A DNA stretch of 64,000 nucleotides from a virus. Under the pieces are notes generated by a model. The model worked only from the letters and a program-made list of their open reading frames with translations. It made no database searches and was not told the DNA's origin. The DNA lies in IMG/VR virus record IMGVR_UViG_3300037424_000479. One strand, 5' to 3'. Both the position numbers and the translations under genes were made by a program. Positions 9,181-18,317 of the stretch are shown here, piece by piece; the first letter of the stretch is position 1, and each line of letters begins with the position of its first letter.

Positions 9181-10593
9181 TTAATCAATATCGGGGGTCA
9201 ATAACTTCCAATCGACATAATTCCACGAACCCGTCTCCTGCGTAATGTAGGGATCATCATAACTCTTAGCTAATACAGGTGCTTGAAGGCTATGATATAC
9301 CCACCGAGCAAACATAAGCCAAGCTCTATTTGATGTATCATAGGGACGTACCTCTGTCCAGAAATTCTTGATCTTAGCGTGTTCAGCATGGCCCTCATGT
9401 ACAAAATCAATCATACGACGAAGGATGATAAACCACTTAGTATAATTTCCTATACCAAGGCGGCTCTGCATCACTTCAGGATATGCCTCATACCACTCCC
9501 ATATATCGTTGGAGACTTTCAAAAGGTTGTTCAGGGATGTGTGACTCCTGGATAGAATCCCATCCCACTCATTCATACGCTTCTTACTCTCTATCCAATC
9601 GGTGATATCCTTCGGAACAGAGAGGGGCTTCGCAGTCTTCTCTTCTTTAATAGGAGGGGTGTTCACAGACGGCGTGGCCTCCTTACGTGCAACAGGGGTA
9701 CTAGATATAGTAGGTGAGGCTTTCTTAACATAAGTCAAAAACATAGAATGCCATTGTTTAGTGGCAAAATTGTAGTTTAAGAAGTAATCGGCCATGCCCA
9801 TCTTACGCCCGTTTAGCCTAACACCAGACATACACTTAACGAGTGTATCTACATTGTATTCTGGTAGCGCCATTCCCTTATACTGTGAAGGAATAAGATC
9901 AGCGTACCGGGTCATAAACGATCCATCAAGGAGGGCGTCAAGATACTCCTGAAGCTGAGAAAGTGCCTTCGTAGGGGCGGAGACGTTAATGCGCGGTGCT
10001 GTAAACGTATCTTGGTTGGCCTCTAGAACAGCCTCTATAAATGAAACCGTAGTAGGGTATATGGCCCCCTCAACCTGGACGGGGGGTTCATCCGGCGTCT
10101 CCTCCGTCCTCTCGAACGCCTCAACAAAAGGGGAGGTACCCATCACTTCCAGATTGGAAATAAGGGTGCCCATGGCTTCTTCTCGGATAGCATAGAACGT
10201 CTGTTTACTCCCTCGGTATCCGGCCTTACTTGCGTTCAGCGTCACCTTCATTAAGGGATAGTCCTCTACCTTGAATTCCTCATATACACCAGTCTCCACC
10301 TCGTATCCACATAGGCGATTGAGATGGTTATGAATTGTCCTTGTAGCGTTGTAGCCATACAGCGCACAGAGAGGGAGTAGTGCGCGAGGGCTTACCCAGT
10401 AGTAAGTGCGCCCCTCATGGGTTACAGAATCGGTACATATGGTATGGAGTTTGAATTCCATAGCCAACTGCGTGAGTAGGTCAAGGTCACAAAGGTTAAG
10501 CCCTAGGGAAAGTGCATAGGGTATATCCTCTATGACGTATTGACATTGCCTGTAGGGAAGTACACCTGTACCCCCCTTGTCATCTTCTACCAT
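9181..10593 (-). CDS. Putative replication initiator (N-terminal winged HTH)
   Basis: EGRTYYWVSPRALL...TIHNHLNRL resembles phage replisome-organizer wHTH; lies next to the repeat array. Confidence 0.55.
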   Translation of the reverse strand: MVEDDKGGTGVLPYRQCQYVIEDIPYALSLGLNLCDLDLLTQLAMEFKLHTICTDSVTHEGRTYYWVSPRALLPLCALYGYNATRTIHNHLNRLCGYEVETGVYEEFKVEDYPLMKVTLNASKAGYRGSKQTFYAIREEAMGTLISNLEVMGTSPFVEAFERTEETPDEPPVQVEGAIYPTTVSFIEAVLEANQDTFTAPRINVSAPTKALSQLQEYLDALLDGSFMTRYADLIPSQYKGMALPEYNVDTLVKCMSGVRLNGRKMGMADYFLNYNFATKQWHSMFLTYVKKASPTISSTPVARKEATPSVNTPPIKEEKTAKPLSVPKDITDWIESKKRMNEWDGILSRSHTSLNNLLKVSNDIWEWYEAYPEVMQSRLGIGNYTKWFIILRRMIDFVHEGHAEHAKIKNFWTEVRPYDTSNRAWLMFARWVYHSLQAPVLAKSYDDPYITQETGSWNYVDWKLLTPDID

Positions 10594-10708
10594 CTTACCG
10601 CCTTTCTTATATATCCAGAGACAAGATGAACCTGCATCTCAAGTCCAATAGTGATAGCCTCAACACCGGATTTCAGTGCCACAGTTCCCGCATATTGATA
10701 GAGGATGG

Positions 10709-10737
10709 ACAATACTAAGTAAAGTCAAAGAAGTCAA
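10709..10737 (-). promoter_or_regulatory. Sigma70-like promoter for putative initiator
   Basis: TTGACT-17 nt-TATTGT on minus strand. Confidence 0.5.
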
Positions 10738-10896
10738 GTACCCCCATGAGTTATTCTGATAGTCTATACAACGGTATACTTACAACTTGAGTTGTAGGTA
10801 TTATTCTGACAACCTCGCACACGTATGCGGAGTCATTCTTACCAACACCTATCAAACATTAGGTAGCCTTATGAAAGTTCATAAGGTAGGATACAC

Positions 10897-11129
10897 TCAC
10901 GCCTTATATAGCATGAGTCACATTGATCTTAGCTGTAATAGCGTATAACTCATGCCTTATATGGCATACATACCCTATAACCCACTGTAACTCATACCGC
11001 ATATAGCAGGATAATGCATCTCTTTTAGGTGAGGATACTGTTCAATCATGCCTCATAAGGCAGGATAATAGTGTATTCAAGCCAAAAAAGGCATGAGAGT
11101 GCCCTGGAATCATGCCGGAAAAGGCTCCT
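10897..11129. repeat. Array of six degenerate palindromes TCATGCC-N6-GGCATGA (iteron/operator-like)
   Basis: Copies start at 10897, 10950, 10992, 11046, 11077, 11110. Confidence 0.8.
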
Positions 11130-11174
11130 ATATAATATATAAAATATAAGAGTAAGAGAAAAGAGAATATAAGA

Positions 11175-11310
11175 AATATAGGACTTCACTTCGTTCAGTC
11201 GATACACTCACTTCGTTCGTGCATCTCCTTTACTTCGTTCGCCTATATTGAGAATGGGCAGTCGTGATACGACTACCTCACTTCGTTCGGTAGCCTTTAT
11301 CACTATGCCC
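11175..11310. repeat. Hairpin cluster with repeated T(C/T)ACTTCGTTC loop
   Basis: Motif at 11186, 11208, 11230, 11278; three copies are closed by different stems. Confidence 0.8.
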
Positions 11311-11457
11311 TAAAACCATATGTTAAATATATTGGCTAATGTAGTCTAATGTATTATATATACATTCATGTTATATTTCACCTAGTACATCTCTTATAGT
11401 ATTCACCTAGATTTGAAAACATTAACCCAAATAACTGGCGGCCCCGCCCGCTCCCGC

Positions 11458-11487
11458 TTGACAAGGGTACTCTAAATCCTATATAGT
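11458..11487 (+). promoter_or_regulatory. Sigma70-like promoter
   Basis: TTGACA-18 nt-TATAGT upstream of 11607. Confidence 0.55.
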
Positions 11488-11606
11488 GCATATCGCTCAC
11501 AAGGGGCTTTCAAACAGCTAGTCCTAGTACACGGACGCTTTTCGCTACAAAATGCGTTGGTGACAATCCTAGGGCCTATAGCGTCGATTTTAAGAAGGAG
11601 TCTACC

Positions 11607-12290
11607 ATGCACCCACCACGAAAATTCCAACAACCAGGCTTAGACCGAGATCATACAGGGGAACGTCTGTTTGCTTATACGGATATGATAAGTCGTGACA
11701 CGTTTGAAACCCAGGATATTGCTAATATGGTGTACCTGCTACATCCTGAGCTTGTATCTAAGTTAGATGTGAAAACCATTGTACGTCATACCTTTGAAGT
11801 CATGGGGTTCTGTACGCGCTATGCGAAGCGCGGTGTGGTGATCCCTTATCTTGGGGTAGTGACTCCTTACTACATTTGGCATAGAGACCCCACACCAGAA
11901 AAGCAGGGGAGAAGGCAGAAGTGGAAATGGCGGGTGAATATGAATAAATGCGTAGGTGGGAGGAAGAAGAATTGGTTAAGGCGATGGGATGATGACCAGG
12001 CACGAGAGATGGGGCATCCTGTTAGGGATTATAGGCAAGACCGTATAGACAAATTTATGATCTTGGTGGAACAATACAAAGGTGTAACAGCAGAAGAGTA
12101 TTGGGCTCTGCCTGAAGAAGAGCGTAAACCACTTGGAAGAGAGGTACGGCAGTTGTACCTTGCAGATAGGAGGCTACAGTATGAAAAAGATCGTCGTGCC
12201 AAAGAGGGAGGAGAAGGGCTTGAGGCCGCAGTCCGATCCCCTGGAAGTGAACCGCCAGTTTGCGGAGAAGAATCTGGACAGGCTCTTTAA
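11607..12290 (+). CDS. Putative HU/IHF-like DNA-binding protein with C-terminal extension
   Basis: SKLDVKTIVRHTFEVM...GVVIPYLGVVTP resembles HU helix 2 and the VxIxGFGxF strand. Confidence 0.45.
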   Translation: MHPPRKFQQPGLDRDHTGERLFAYTDMISRDTFETQDIANMVYLLHPELVSKLDVKTIVRHTFEVMGFCTRYAKRGVVIPYLGVVTPYYIWHRDPTPEKQGRRQKWKWRVNMNKCVGGRKKNWLRRWDDDQAREMGHPVRDYRQDRIDKFMILVEQYKGVTAEEYWALPEEERKPLGREVRQLYLADRRLQYEKDRRAKEGGEGLEAAVRSPGSEPPVCGEESGQAL

Positions 12291-12630
12291 GAAGTATATA
12301 CGCCTTCGGGATGGAAAATGCGTATTGACAGGGGCGCGTCGCTCACTGACTATAGCTTATTATTATCCCCCTGAGACAGCTCCGAATTTGCGATGGGATG
12401 AACGTAATGCTCATGTAATGAGTTTATCCGTGGCAACTCTTTGTAAAGAGGCTGACCGTGAGGTGTTTCCTGTTTATATGTTAGAGAAGTATGGACAGGA
12501 GGAATTGGCACAGATGCGGAATTTGGCTTTAGATAAGCGCTATTATAAATCTATTGACAATTTACTAGACTTAGCTGTATCTTATACGAGAAAGATTTCT
12601 GCTTTACAAACCATAGGAGGTGTAAAATGA
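12181..12630 (+). CDS. NinG/Rap-like protein with degenerate metal ligands
   Basis: FKKYIRLRDGKC...PNLRWDERNAH; start moved to ATG 12181 after AGGAGG. Confidence 0.65.
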   Translation: MKKIVVPKREEKGLRPQSDPLEVNRQFAEKNLDRLFKKYIRLRDGKCVLTGARRSLTIAYYYPPETAPNLRWDERNAHVMSLSVATLCKEADREVFPVYMLEKYGQEELAQMRNLALDKRYYKSIDNLLDLAVSYTRKISALQTIGGVK

Positions 12631-13169
12631 GTACGGAAAAGGAATTAAACAGCGTACAGAAAATTTATGAGCAGGGGAATTGCAGGGAGGTACGCTGTTA
12701 TGAATGCCCCGGATGGGATTTGGACTGTTCTAGCATAAATAAGGGTGGTGCATTTTGGTTGCATTGTCGTGACCTTCTCGTAAAGGCAGGACGCATACCC
12801 GCCTGTGTAACTGAGCCTGTTCATGATTCTTATTTAGCTCCCCTAGAAGCACGGATTACTGCTCTTGAAAATGAACGAATAGAAGAGCATGAAGAAGGTA
12901 ATGGGGGCGAAAAGGAGCCTATCAAAATAGAATATAGTAGGTATAAGTTATACCTTTGTTTTAAGTACAACAATTGGTATATTTTAACTTGCAACAATGA
13001 GGGTGGTGATGCACGTTGGAATAGTTTTGAAAATGGCAATGTTTCACAACAGACGCTGAGTAGTTCATACGATAGTTGTCAAATAGCCATTGATAGTGTT
13101 GGAGAAGGAAAGATTAAGATTTTTGACAATATAAAAGAAGGACTTCTCTTCTTTGCGAATCAGAAGTAG
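12627..13169 (+). CDS. Hypothetical protein with Cys-rich N-terminus
   Basis: ATGA overlap with upstream gene. Confidence 0.65.
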   Translation: MSTEKELNSVQKIYEQGNCREVRCYECPGWDLDCSSINKGGAFWLHCRDLLVKAGRIPACVTEPVHDSYLAPLEARITALENERIEEHEEGNGGEKEPIKIEYSRYKLYLCFKYNNWYILTCNNEGGDARWNSFENGNVSQQTLSSSYDSCQIAIDSVGEGKIKIFDNIKEGLLFFANQK

Positions 13170-13174
13170 GTTAT

Positions 13175-13822
13175 ATGGATATAACAGACAAAGAGATAGA
13201 AGAGGATGTACAGAAGGAGATACAGGAATTTTTACCGGGATATGATAACGCCCTGGTAAAAGACCTGTCCTTAAAGCCAGTTGAGATAAGTTTCATTTAC
13301 TATTACGTCGAAGCGAATTTCAACGAGGGTGAGGCGTATCAGAAGGCGTACCAGTATAGCGATAAGTACAAGGCCAAGTACTACGCCAAGAAGCTACTCA
13401 AGCGCCCCGATATACAGGATGGGCTCAATCGTATCCTTGGGGAAGTGTGGAGGGAATCGGTACGGAAGCTTCCCCATCAAGTCATGGAGTCCTATCAGCG
13501 GGTGCTGAACCTTGATGTTAGCGATTATTATGATGACGATGGAATGGCAATACCGCTATCTAGCATCTCCAAGGAGAAGCGTTCTCTCATAGGGAATGTG
13601 CAGTATGTGATGAACAGTAAGACCGGGGCGGTATACATCCAGTATGACCTCCCGGATAAGAAAGATTCCCTTGCGGCGCTATTCTCTCTCATCAAGCTAC
13701 ATAAGGAACTGATAGGGGATGACGGTAAGGACGAGAACGCAGAGGCTTCTAAGAAGCGTAATGAGATATTCAATTCGGTGGATGATGTAGAGATGAAGCC
13801 TGTAGAGGCTATAGAAGGATAG
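13175..13822 (+). CDS. terS: Terminase small subunit
   Basis: FIYYYVEANFNEGEAYQKAY...AKKLLKRPDIQ HTH; DLPDKKDSLAAL segment. Confidence 0.8.
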   Translation: MDITDKEIEEDVQKEIQEFLPGYDNALVKDLSLKPVEISFIYYYVEANFNEGEAYQKAYQYSDKYKAKYYAKKLLKRPDIQDGLNRILGEVWRESVRKLPHQVMESYQRVLNLDVSDYYDDDGMAIPLSSISKEKRSLIGNVQYVMNSKTGAVYIQYDLPDKKDSLAALFSLIKLHKELIGDDGKDENAEASKKRNEIFNSVDDVEMKPVEAIEG

Positions 13823-13953
13823 AGAAAGGTACCATTGTAGCTACAACAGAATTTTCAATTCCAAATGTGGGGGATAGTAAACTAGTGGCATATTGATTTG
13901 AAATTGATTCGGCCCTTATAGGTATAAGGCAGAAAGATGAAAGAGAGGGTTTT

Positions 13954-14595
13954 ATGACATCAAAAGAGATTGCAGAAGCGGTAGAAAAAGATGAGCGCAC
14001 TATTCAGCGCTGGATAAAAAGAGTGGGTGACAAAGTGTCGTCCATTGGCGACAAAATGTCGTCAAGCTCTCCGATGAAACCAGCGGACTATTCGTTAGAA
14101 GAGTCCATCATTATCATCGAGCACGGTATGGGTAAAAATGCCGCCAGTTTGTTCAGGGAGAATGCTAGGCTACGGGATGCTGTAGCACTAAGACCTCCGG
14201 CGTCTTCGGAGATGGCACCTCTATCCGCTTTCGCAGAGGTTACGCACGAGATGATGCTTATACTACAGCAGATGCGAGAGATGATGAAGAATATTATACA
14301 CTATGTAACATACATAGAAACACAGCATGATACACTCACAAAGGCTCTCCCTATAGAAGCCCCTCAGATGGAGCCCCGAGCGAATATCAACCGAATAGTA
14401 CGTCGCTATGCAGAAATACATAGTGTACCACAGGGTACCGCATGGAATAACCTGTATAGAGAATTCGGTTATCGTATGCACATGAACCCAAAGGTAGCGG
14501 CGGGTAATCGTGGGGTATCTCCTTTGAATTATATTGAGTCTTTGAATCTGATGGGTACTCTAGAGGCGGTAGCTATTGAATGGGGGGATGAGTAA
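13954..14595 (+). CDS. Antirepressor-like DNA-binding protein (N-terminal HTH, ORF6C-like C-terminus)
   Basis: MTSKEIAEAVEKDERTIQRW; RANINRIVRRYA...AWNNLYREF. Confidence 0.65.
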   Translation: MTSKEIAEAVEKDERTIQRWIKRVGDKVSSIGDKMSSSSPMKPADYSLEESIIIIEHGMGKNAASLFRENARLRDAVALRPPASSEMAPLSAFAEVTHEMMLILQQMREMMKNIIHYVTYIETQHDTLTKALPIEAPQMEPRANINRIVRRYAEIHSVPQGTAWNNLYREFGYRMHMNPKVAAGNRGVSPLNYIESLNLMGTLEAVAIEWGDE

Positions 14596-14623
14596 GGGTG
14601 AAGCTAACAATTCTAGAAATGCC

Positions 14624-14652
14624 TTGACATTATTCGATATCATCATTATATT
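14624..14652 (+). promoter_or_regulatory. Sigma70-like promoter
   Basis: TTGACA-17 nt-TATATT. Confidence 0.65.
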
Positions 14653-14700
14653 AAATGTCAGGAGTACAACACATACTCCTGACATTTGTATTAGGAGGCA

Positions 14701-15150
14701 GTGATGAAAAAGATATGGTTGTTGATGCTGATTGTGATTACTTCCTGTTCTCTTGGCTTTGATGTAGAAGAAGAACAGCCTATTGATAAACACTTCAAGA
14801 CGGTACATGAGGCGTGGATTTGGATAGCACGTAACGTAGAGTATGTGTCAGATCGGGATGTGCACGGGAAAGAAGAATACTGGCAGTATCCATGGGAAAC
14901 GTATCAGATGAAGACAGGGGATTGCGAGGATTATGCCATCCTGTTTATGTACTTCATGGAAGACATGGGGATAAAGAGTGAGTTTATAGCCATAGAAATA
15001 GAAGGGTATGGCTTTCATGCCGCTGTGTGTGTGAATGATCAGATACTATCCCCCCAACAATACGGGAGATATCACTACGTTGAGGAAGATGATATTATAA
15101 ATAGATTCTCATATCGGAGAATTTATAATATGATTCGCTATAAGCGATAA
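14701..15150 (+). CDS. Lipoprotein, transglutaminase-like cysteine protease (BTLCP-like)
   Basis: Signal MKKIWLLMLIVITSC; GDCEDYA catalytic Cys; FHAAV His. Confidence 0.8.
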   Translation: MMKKIWLLMLIVITSCSLGFDVEEEQPIDKHFKTVHEAWIWIARNVEYVSDRDVHGKEEYWQYPWETYQMKTGDCEDYAILFMYFMEDMGIKSEFIAIEIEGYGFHAAVCVNDQILSPQQYGRYHYVEEDDIINRFSYRRIYNMIRYKR

Positions 15151-15160
15151 GGAGGCTAAG

Positions 15161-15727
15161 ATGGAAGATAAGCAGAAGATTGAGGAGAAGCTACAGAAGG
15201 CTAAGGTGAAGGCGCGTGAGGCACAGCAGGAGATCACGTCACTCAAGAAGGAGCTATCTAAGAAGGATATCCCTGCTATCAAGCCGGAAGACCTGATAGG
15301 TAAGCTGTGCATGATAACTGAGGGAGGTATATCTCACGTAAAGGTGGTGCGTGGGTACAGGGATGGTAGATTCTTAGTAGATGCCATTATGCAATATGTG
15401 AGTGAGGGTGGGCGGCGGACAGAGCTGTCCCCTGTAGACAGCGCGCGCCCCCTGTCTGTAGAAGAGATAGAGACCATGACATACCATGCGTCGAAGCCTG
15501 TAATGTGGGACTGGGAAGCCATTCGGAAGGTATACCCATGGGCTGCTGTGGCTGTGATGAATAAGGGCGGGTCATGCCATATTGCTCGGGCTACTATAGT
15601 AGAGCCTTTAGGAGAATGGTGGTATCGAAAGGATGGGAAGGGTCATTCCTGGAGCGAGATACCCAGTAAATACCTATTGGAGCGTCCTGACAATTGGAAG
15701 GACAGCGTTGAATACTATAAGGATTAA
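15161..15727 (+). CDS. Hypothetical protein with C-terminal Trp-rich phage domain
   Basis: WDWEAI...YPWAAVAVMNKGG...NWKDSV, paralogous to 22200 and 22584. Confidence 0.7.
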   Translation: MEDKQKIEEKLQKAKVKAREAQQEITSLKKELSKKDIPAIKPEDLIGKLCMITEGGISHVKVVRGYRDGRFLVDAIMQYVSEGGRRTELSPVDSARPLSVEEIETMTYHASKPVMWDWEAIRKVYPWAAVAVMNKGGSCHIARATIVEPLGEWWYRKDGKGHSWSEIPSKYLLERPDNWKDSVEYYKD

Positions 15728-15747
15728 CACAGTATACTAGTGCATTA

Positions 15748-15773
15748 GCCTGCCCTTTGTGGCGGGTTTTTTT
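15748..15773 (+). terminator. Rho-independent terminator
   Basis: GCCTGCC-CTTTGT-GGCGGGT then T run. Confidence 0.8.
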
Positions 15774-15799
15774 ATACCCAAATTTGCACAATCGCAATT

Positions 15800-16330
15800 T
15801 AATGCACGGGTGAGAGAATCGGACGGGTGAGAGAAAAATAATAAAAAGATAATGTAAGAAGTTAATAAAAATAAATAAGAATAAATAAAATGTTAATAAA
15901 AATAAATAAAAAATACAAAAGTAAAATGATACATAATTCTTTATATAGAAAGTAATTGATATTTGATTTTGAATGGGGATTATTTAATTAAATAAAAAAA
16001 GAATTAAATAAATACAAAAACAATGAAGTAATAAAGTAGTAACAAATCGATAAAAAGATAAAGAATATATAACAAAAAAAGAGATAAGATATAATAACAA
16101 ATTGATCGAAATTTGATTTTCCTGGGGAGACAAAATTGATTAAATGGTAAAGAATATATAAGTAAAATATAAAAGAGAATAAGAAGAGAAGGATAATAAG
16201 TGATAAAAATATAAAGAAAAGAATATATAATAGGGAATAATTTATAACAGAAGGGGTAAATAATAAAAAATATTATGGGATAAAAATAGGGGAGACATAA
16301 AATAAAAAACGATAAAAATTTATTATATTT
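15800..16330. other. Non-coding, A-rich, almost C-free block with short direct repeats
   Basis: ACGGGTGAGAGAA x2; GTTAATAAAAATAAATAA x2; no ORFs. Confidence 0.8.
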
Positions 16331-16556
16331 ATTTGTTTCGCGCGTATGTATAAAAAGTGTACTTGTTTCCCTACCCTGTCTGTTTAATATAAGTAAGTAA
16401 GAATAGGATTATCTGAATGTTTGATAGAAGATATATTCAATAGAAGCTATATAGTGGAATCCATACTGTTATATAATTATGTCATATAATAATTATTTAC
16501 ATAATTTAATTATATAATCTAATTACATAGAAATATAGCCTATCGGCGCTTCAAAG

Positions 16557-16652
16557 TTATCCACAGGCAAATTGTGTATAACCTGTTAATATGTGTAAAA
16601 GTACCGTAACTTGTGGATAAAGTCAAGGGAGTTGTGTATAACTTGTGGATAA
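16557..16652. promoter_or_regulatory. Cluster of five DnaA boxes
   Basis: TTATCCACA 16557; TGTGTATAA 16573 and 16633; TGTGGATAA 16612 and 16644; all match TTWTNCACA. Confidence 0.85.
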
Positions 16653-16725
16653 TCTAAATTTGATTGAAATCTTCTATATATACAATAAATTTCGCGCCGA
16701 ACTATCTAGAATAAAAATAAAACGC

Positions 16726-16754
16726 TTGACACTATGGGACGCTATCATTACTAT
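16726..16754 (+). promoter_or_regulatory. Early sigma70-like promoter
   Basis: TTGACA-17 nt-TACTAT; similar promoters near 18327 and 20092. Confidence 0.65.
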
Positions 16755-16784
16755 AGACTTATCTTACGTATAGGAGAGTACACA

Positions 16785-17357
16785 ATGGACGTATCTAAAT
16801 TGGCAACGTTAGGAAGTACGATCGCGATATGGCCGCTACCTAATCCGGCTATGGCCTCCGCGTCCAGGGAATTGGCGCGCCAGTATAGCGACGATGAAAT
16901 AGCACTGGACGCTATTTTAGAACGCCTTACTATATCCGTTACATGTATCGGCGTAGAAACGAGAGACGGCGTTAAGGAGCGGAATTTACGCTATAATGTA
17001 TCGGTCACCTATAATAATAAAACGATAACATTCGAATTCGGTACATCGATAGCGGATACGTCAATTCTACTCGATCGAAGAGTATTGACATTCTACGGAA
17101 AGGAGAAATATAAAGAGCTCAGTTCTAGCGGCTACGGCGCGGCCGTCCGTAAAATCATGGTAGATTGGTTATATAGTGTACTGTGTTGTATGCGTTCCGA
17201 TAGCTATATACCGGAGGAATTCGAAGATTTCTGTTCAGAATTCGGATACGATACCGATAGTAGAAAAGCGGAAACTACGCATAGGGCTTGTATAGCGCAG
17301 TCTCGCAAAATTCATTCGCTTTTTACCGATAGCGAACTAGCCTCTTTCCCGTCGTAA
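16785..17357 (+). CDS. Conserved phage early-region hypothetical protein
   Basis: FEDFCSEFGYDTDSRKA motif; start trimmed to MDVSK after AGGAG. Confidence 0.8.
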   Translation: MDVSKLATLGSTIAIWPLPNPAMASASRELARQYSDDEIALDAILERLTISVTCIGVETRDGVKERNLRYNVSVTYNNKTITFEFGTSIADTSILLDRRVLTFYGKEKYKELSSSGYGAAVRKIMVDWLYSVLCCMRSDSYIPEEFEDFCSEFGYDTDSRKAETTHRACIAQSRKIHSLFTDSELASFPS

Positions 17358-17374
17358 AGAAAGGAGGCACTAAC

Positions 17375-17608
17375 ATGCGATCGATAAAATTCGGCAACTA
17401 TGAATTTAAAATACATAAACGCGCCACGGAAAAGATGCGGTATATAGAAATTCCGATATATAGCCTAGAGATTAAAACGCTAGGCCATTATCCGTTATTC
17501 ATCTATGATATAACATGCAATAAAACGTATACACTCGCCGCTGGCCTGAATAAAGACGAGGCCGATAGGATGCTAGCAGAATTAAAAGCGCTAGCATGGT
17601 CAGAATAA
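17375..17608 (+). CDS. Hypothetical protein
   Basis: SD AAGGAGG. Confidence 0.7.
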   Translation: MRSIKFGNYEFKIHKRATEKMRYIEIPIYSLEIKTLGHYPLFIYDITCNKTYTLAAGLNKDEADRMLAELKALAWSE

Positions 17609-17615
17609 AGGAGGC

Positions 17616-17852
17616 GTGAAAATGAATGGCGATATCATATATCAGTATACGGATATAAAGAATTCACATATTATTATAGCAATCGGAACGCTTGAAAATT
17701 GCTATAATGGTATATATAGCCTAGTCGTATCGATTGATAACGTGAACAAACCTAAACATAAATTGTTCGCAGTCGATAATCAGGAAGCGCTAGACATGAT
17801 AGCCGATATTATGCTAGAATATCTCGATGAATTCGAAAGGGAGGTTATATAA
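17616..17852 (+). CDS. Hypothetical protein
   Basis: SD AAGGAGG. Confidence 0.65.
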   Translation: MKMNGDIIYQYTDIKNSHIIIAIGTLENCYNGIYSLVVSIDNVNKPKHKLFAVDNQEALDMIADIMLEYLDEFEREVI

Positions 17853-18259
17853 TGAAAGTCTACCAAGAAATCGCGCAAGCTATCCGCGTCATCAAAGGGA
17901 AAGGAAAAATGGCCGAGGCATGGGAATGCTATCTTGACGATATTATGGAGAATTGTCTTCCTCGCGGTTCCGGTATTGATAATGGAAATTCTATCAATAT
18001 CGAGCGATCGAATAGTGAACGGATAGTAATAGAATCCGGGTATCATTGTATGAATGGTAACGGATATTACTGCGGATGGTATGAATATACTGTTATAATC
18101 ACGCCGTCCCTACAATTCAAATTTGATATGAAGATAAAAGGGAGAAATGGTAGCCGAGATACTATTGATGTAAGAGATAATCTATACGATCGCTATAGAT
18201 TCGCGTTGAGTAGTGACATAGGCGACGAGACTAGGCTACTACTCGCACAATATCTATAA
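17852..18259 (+). CDS. Conserved phage early-region hypothetical protein
   Basis: LPRGSGIDNG...HCMNGNGYYCGW...VIITPSL motif. Confidence 0.8.
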   Translation: MKVYQEIAQAIRVIKGKGKMAEAWECYLDDIMENCLPRGSGIDNGNSINIERSNSERIVIESGYHCMNGNGYYCGWYEYTVIITPSLQFKFDMKIKGRNGSRDTIDVRDNLYDRYRFALSSDIGDETRLLLAQYL

Positions 18260-18283
18260 TACTATACGCTTGTGCAGTATATC

Positions 18284-18317
18284 AGGGTCGAATTCTAGTG
18301 AATTCGACCCTTTTTTT
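18284..18317 (+). terminator. Rho-independent terminator
   Basis: AGGGTCGAATTC-TAGT-GAATTCGACCCT plus T run. Confidence 0.85.

Noticed and set aside
10594-10860. Possible riboswitch or ncRNA in the initiator leader (small hairpins near 10622-10642 and 10778-10802)
   Set aside because: Only isolated short stems; no recognisable family or covariation evidence
10895-11130. Degenerate CRISPR mini-array reading of the palindrome array
   Set aside because: Repeats are only about 20-22 bp and divergent, gaps vary from 9 to 32 bp, and no cas genes are present; an operator/iteron reading fits better
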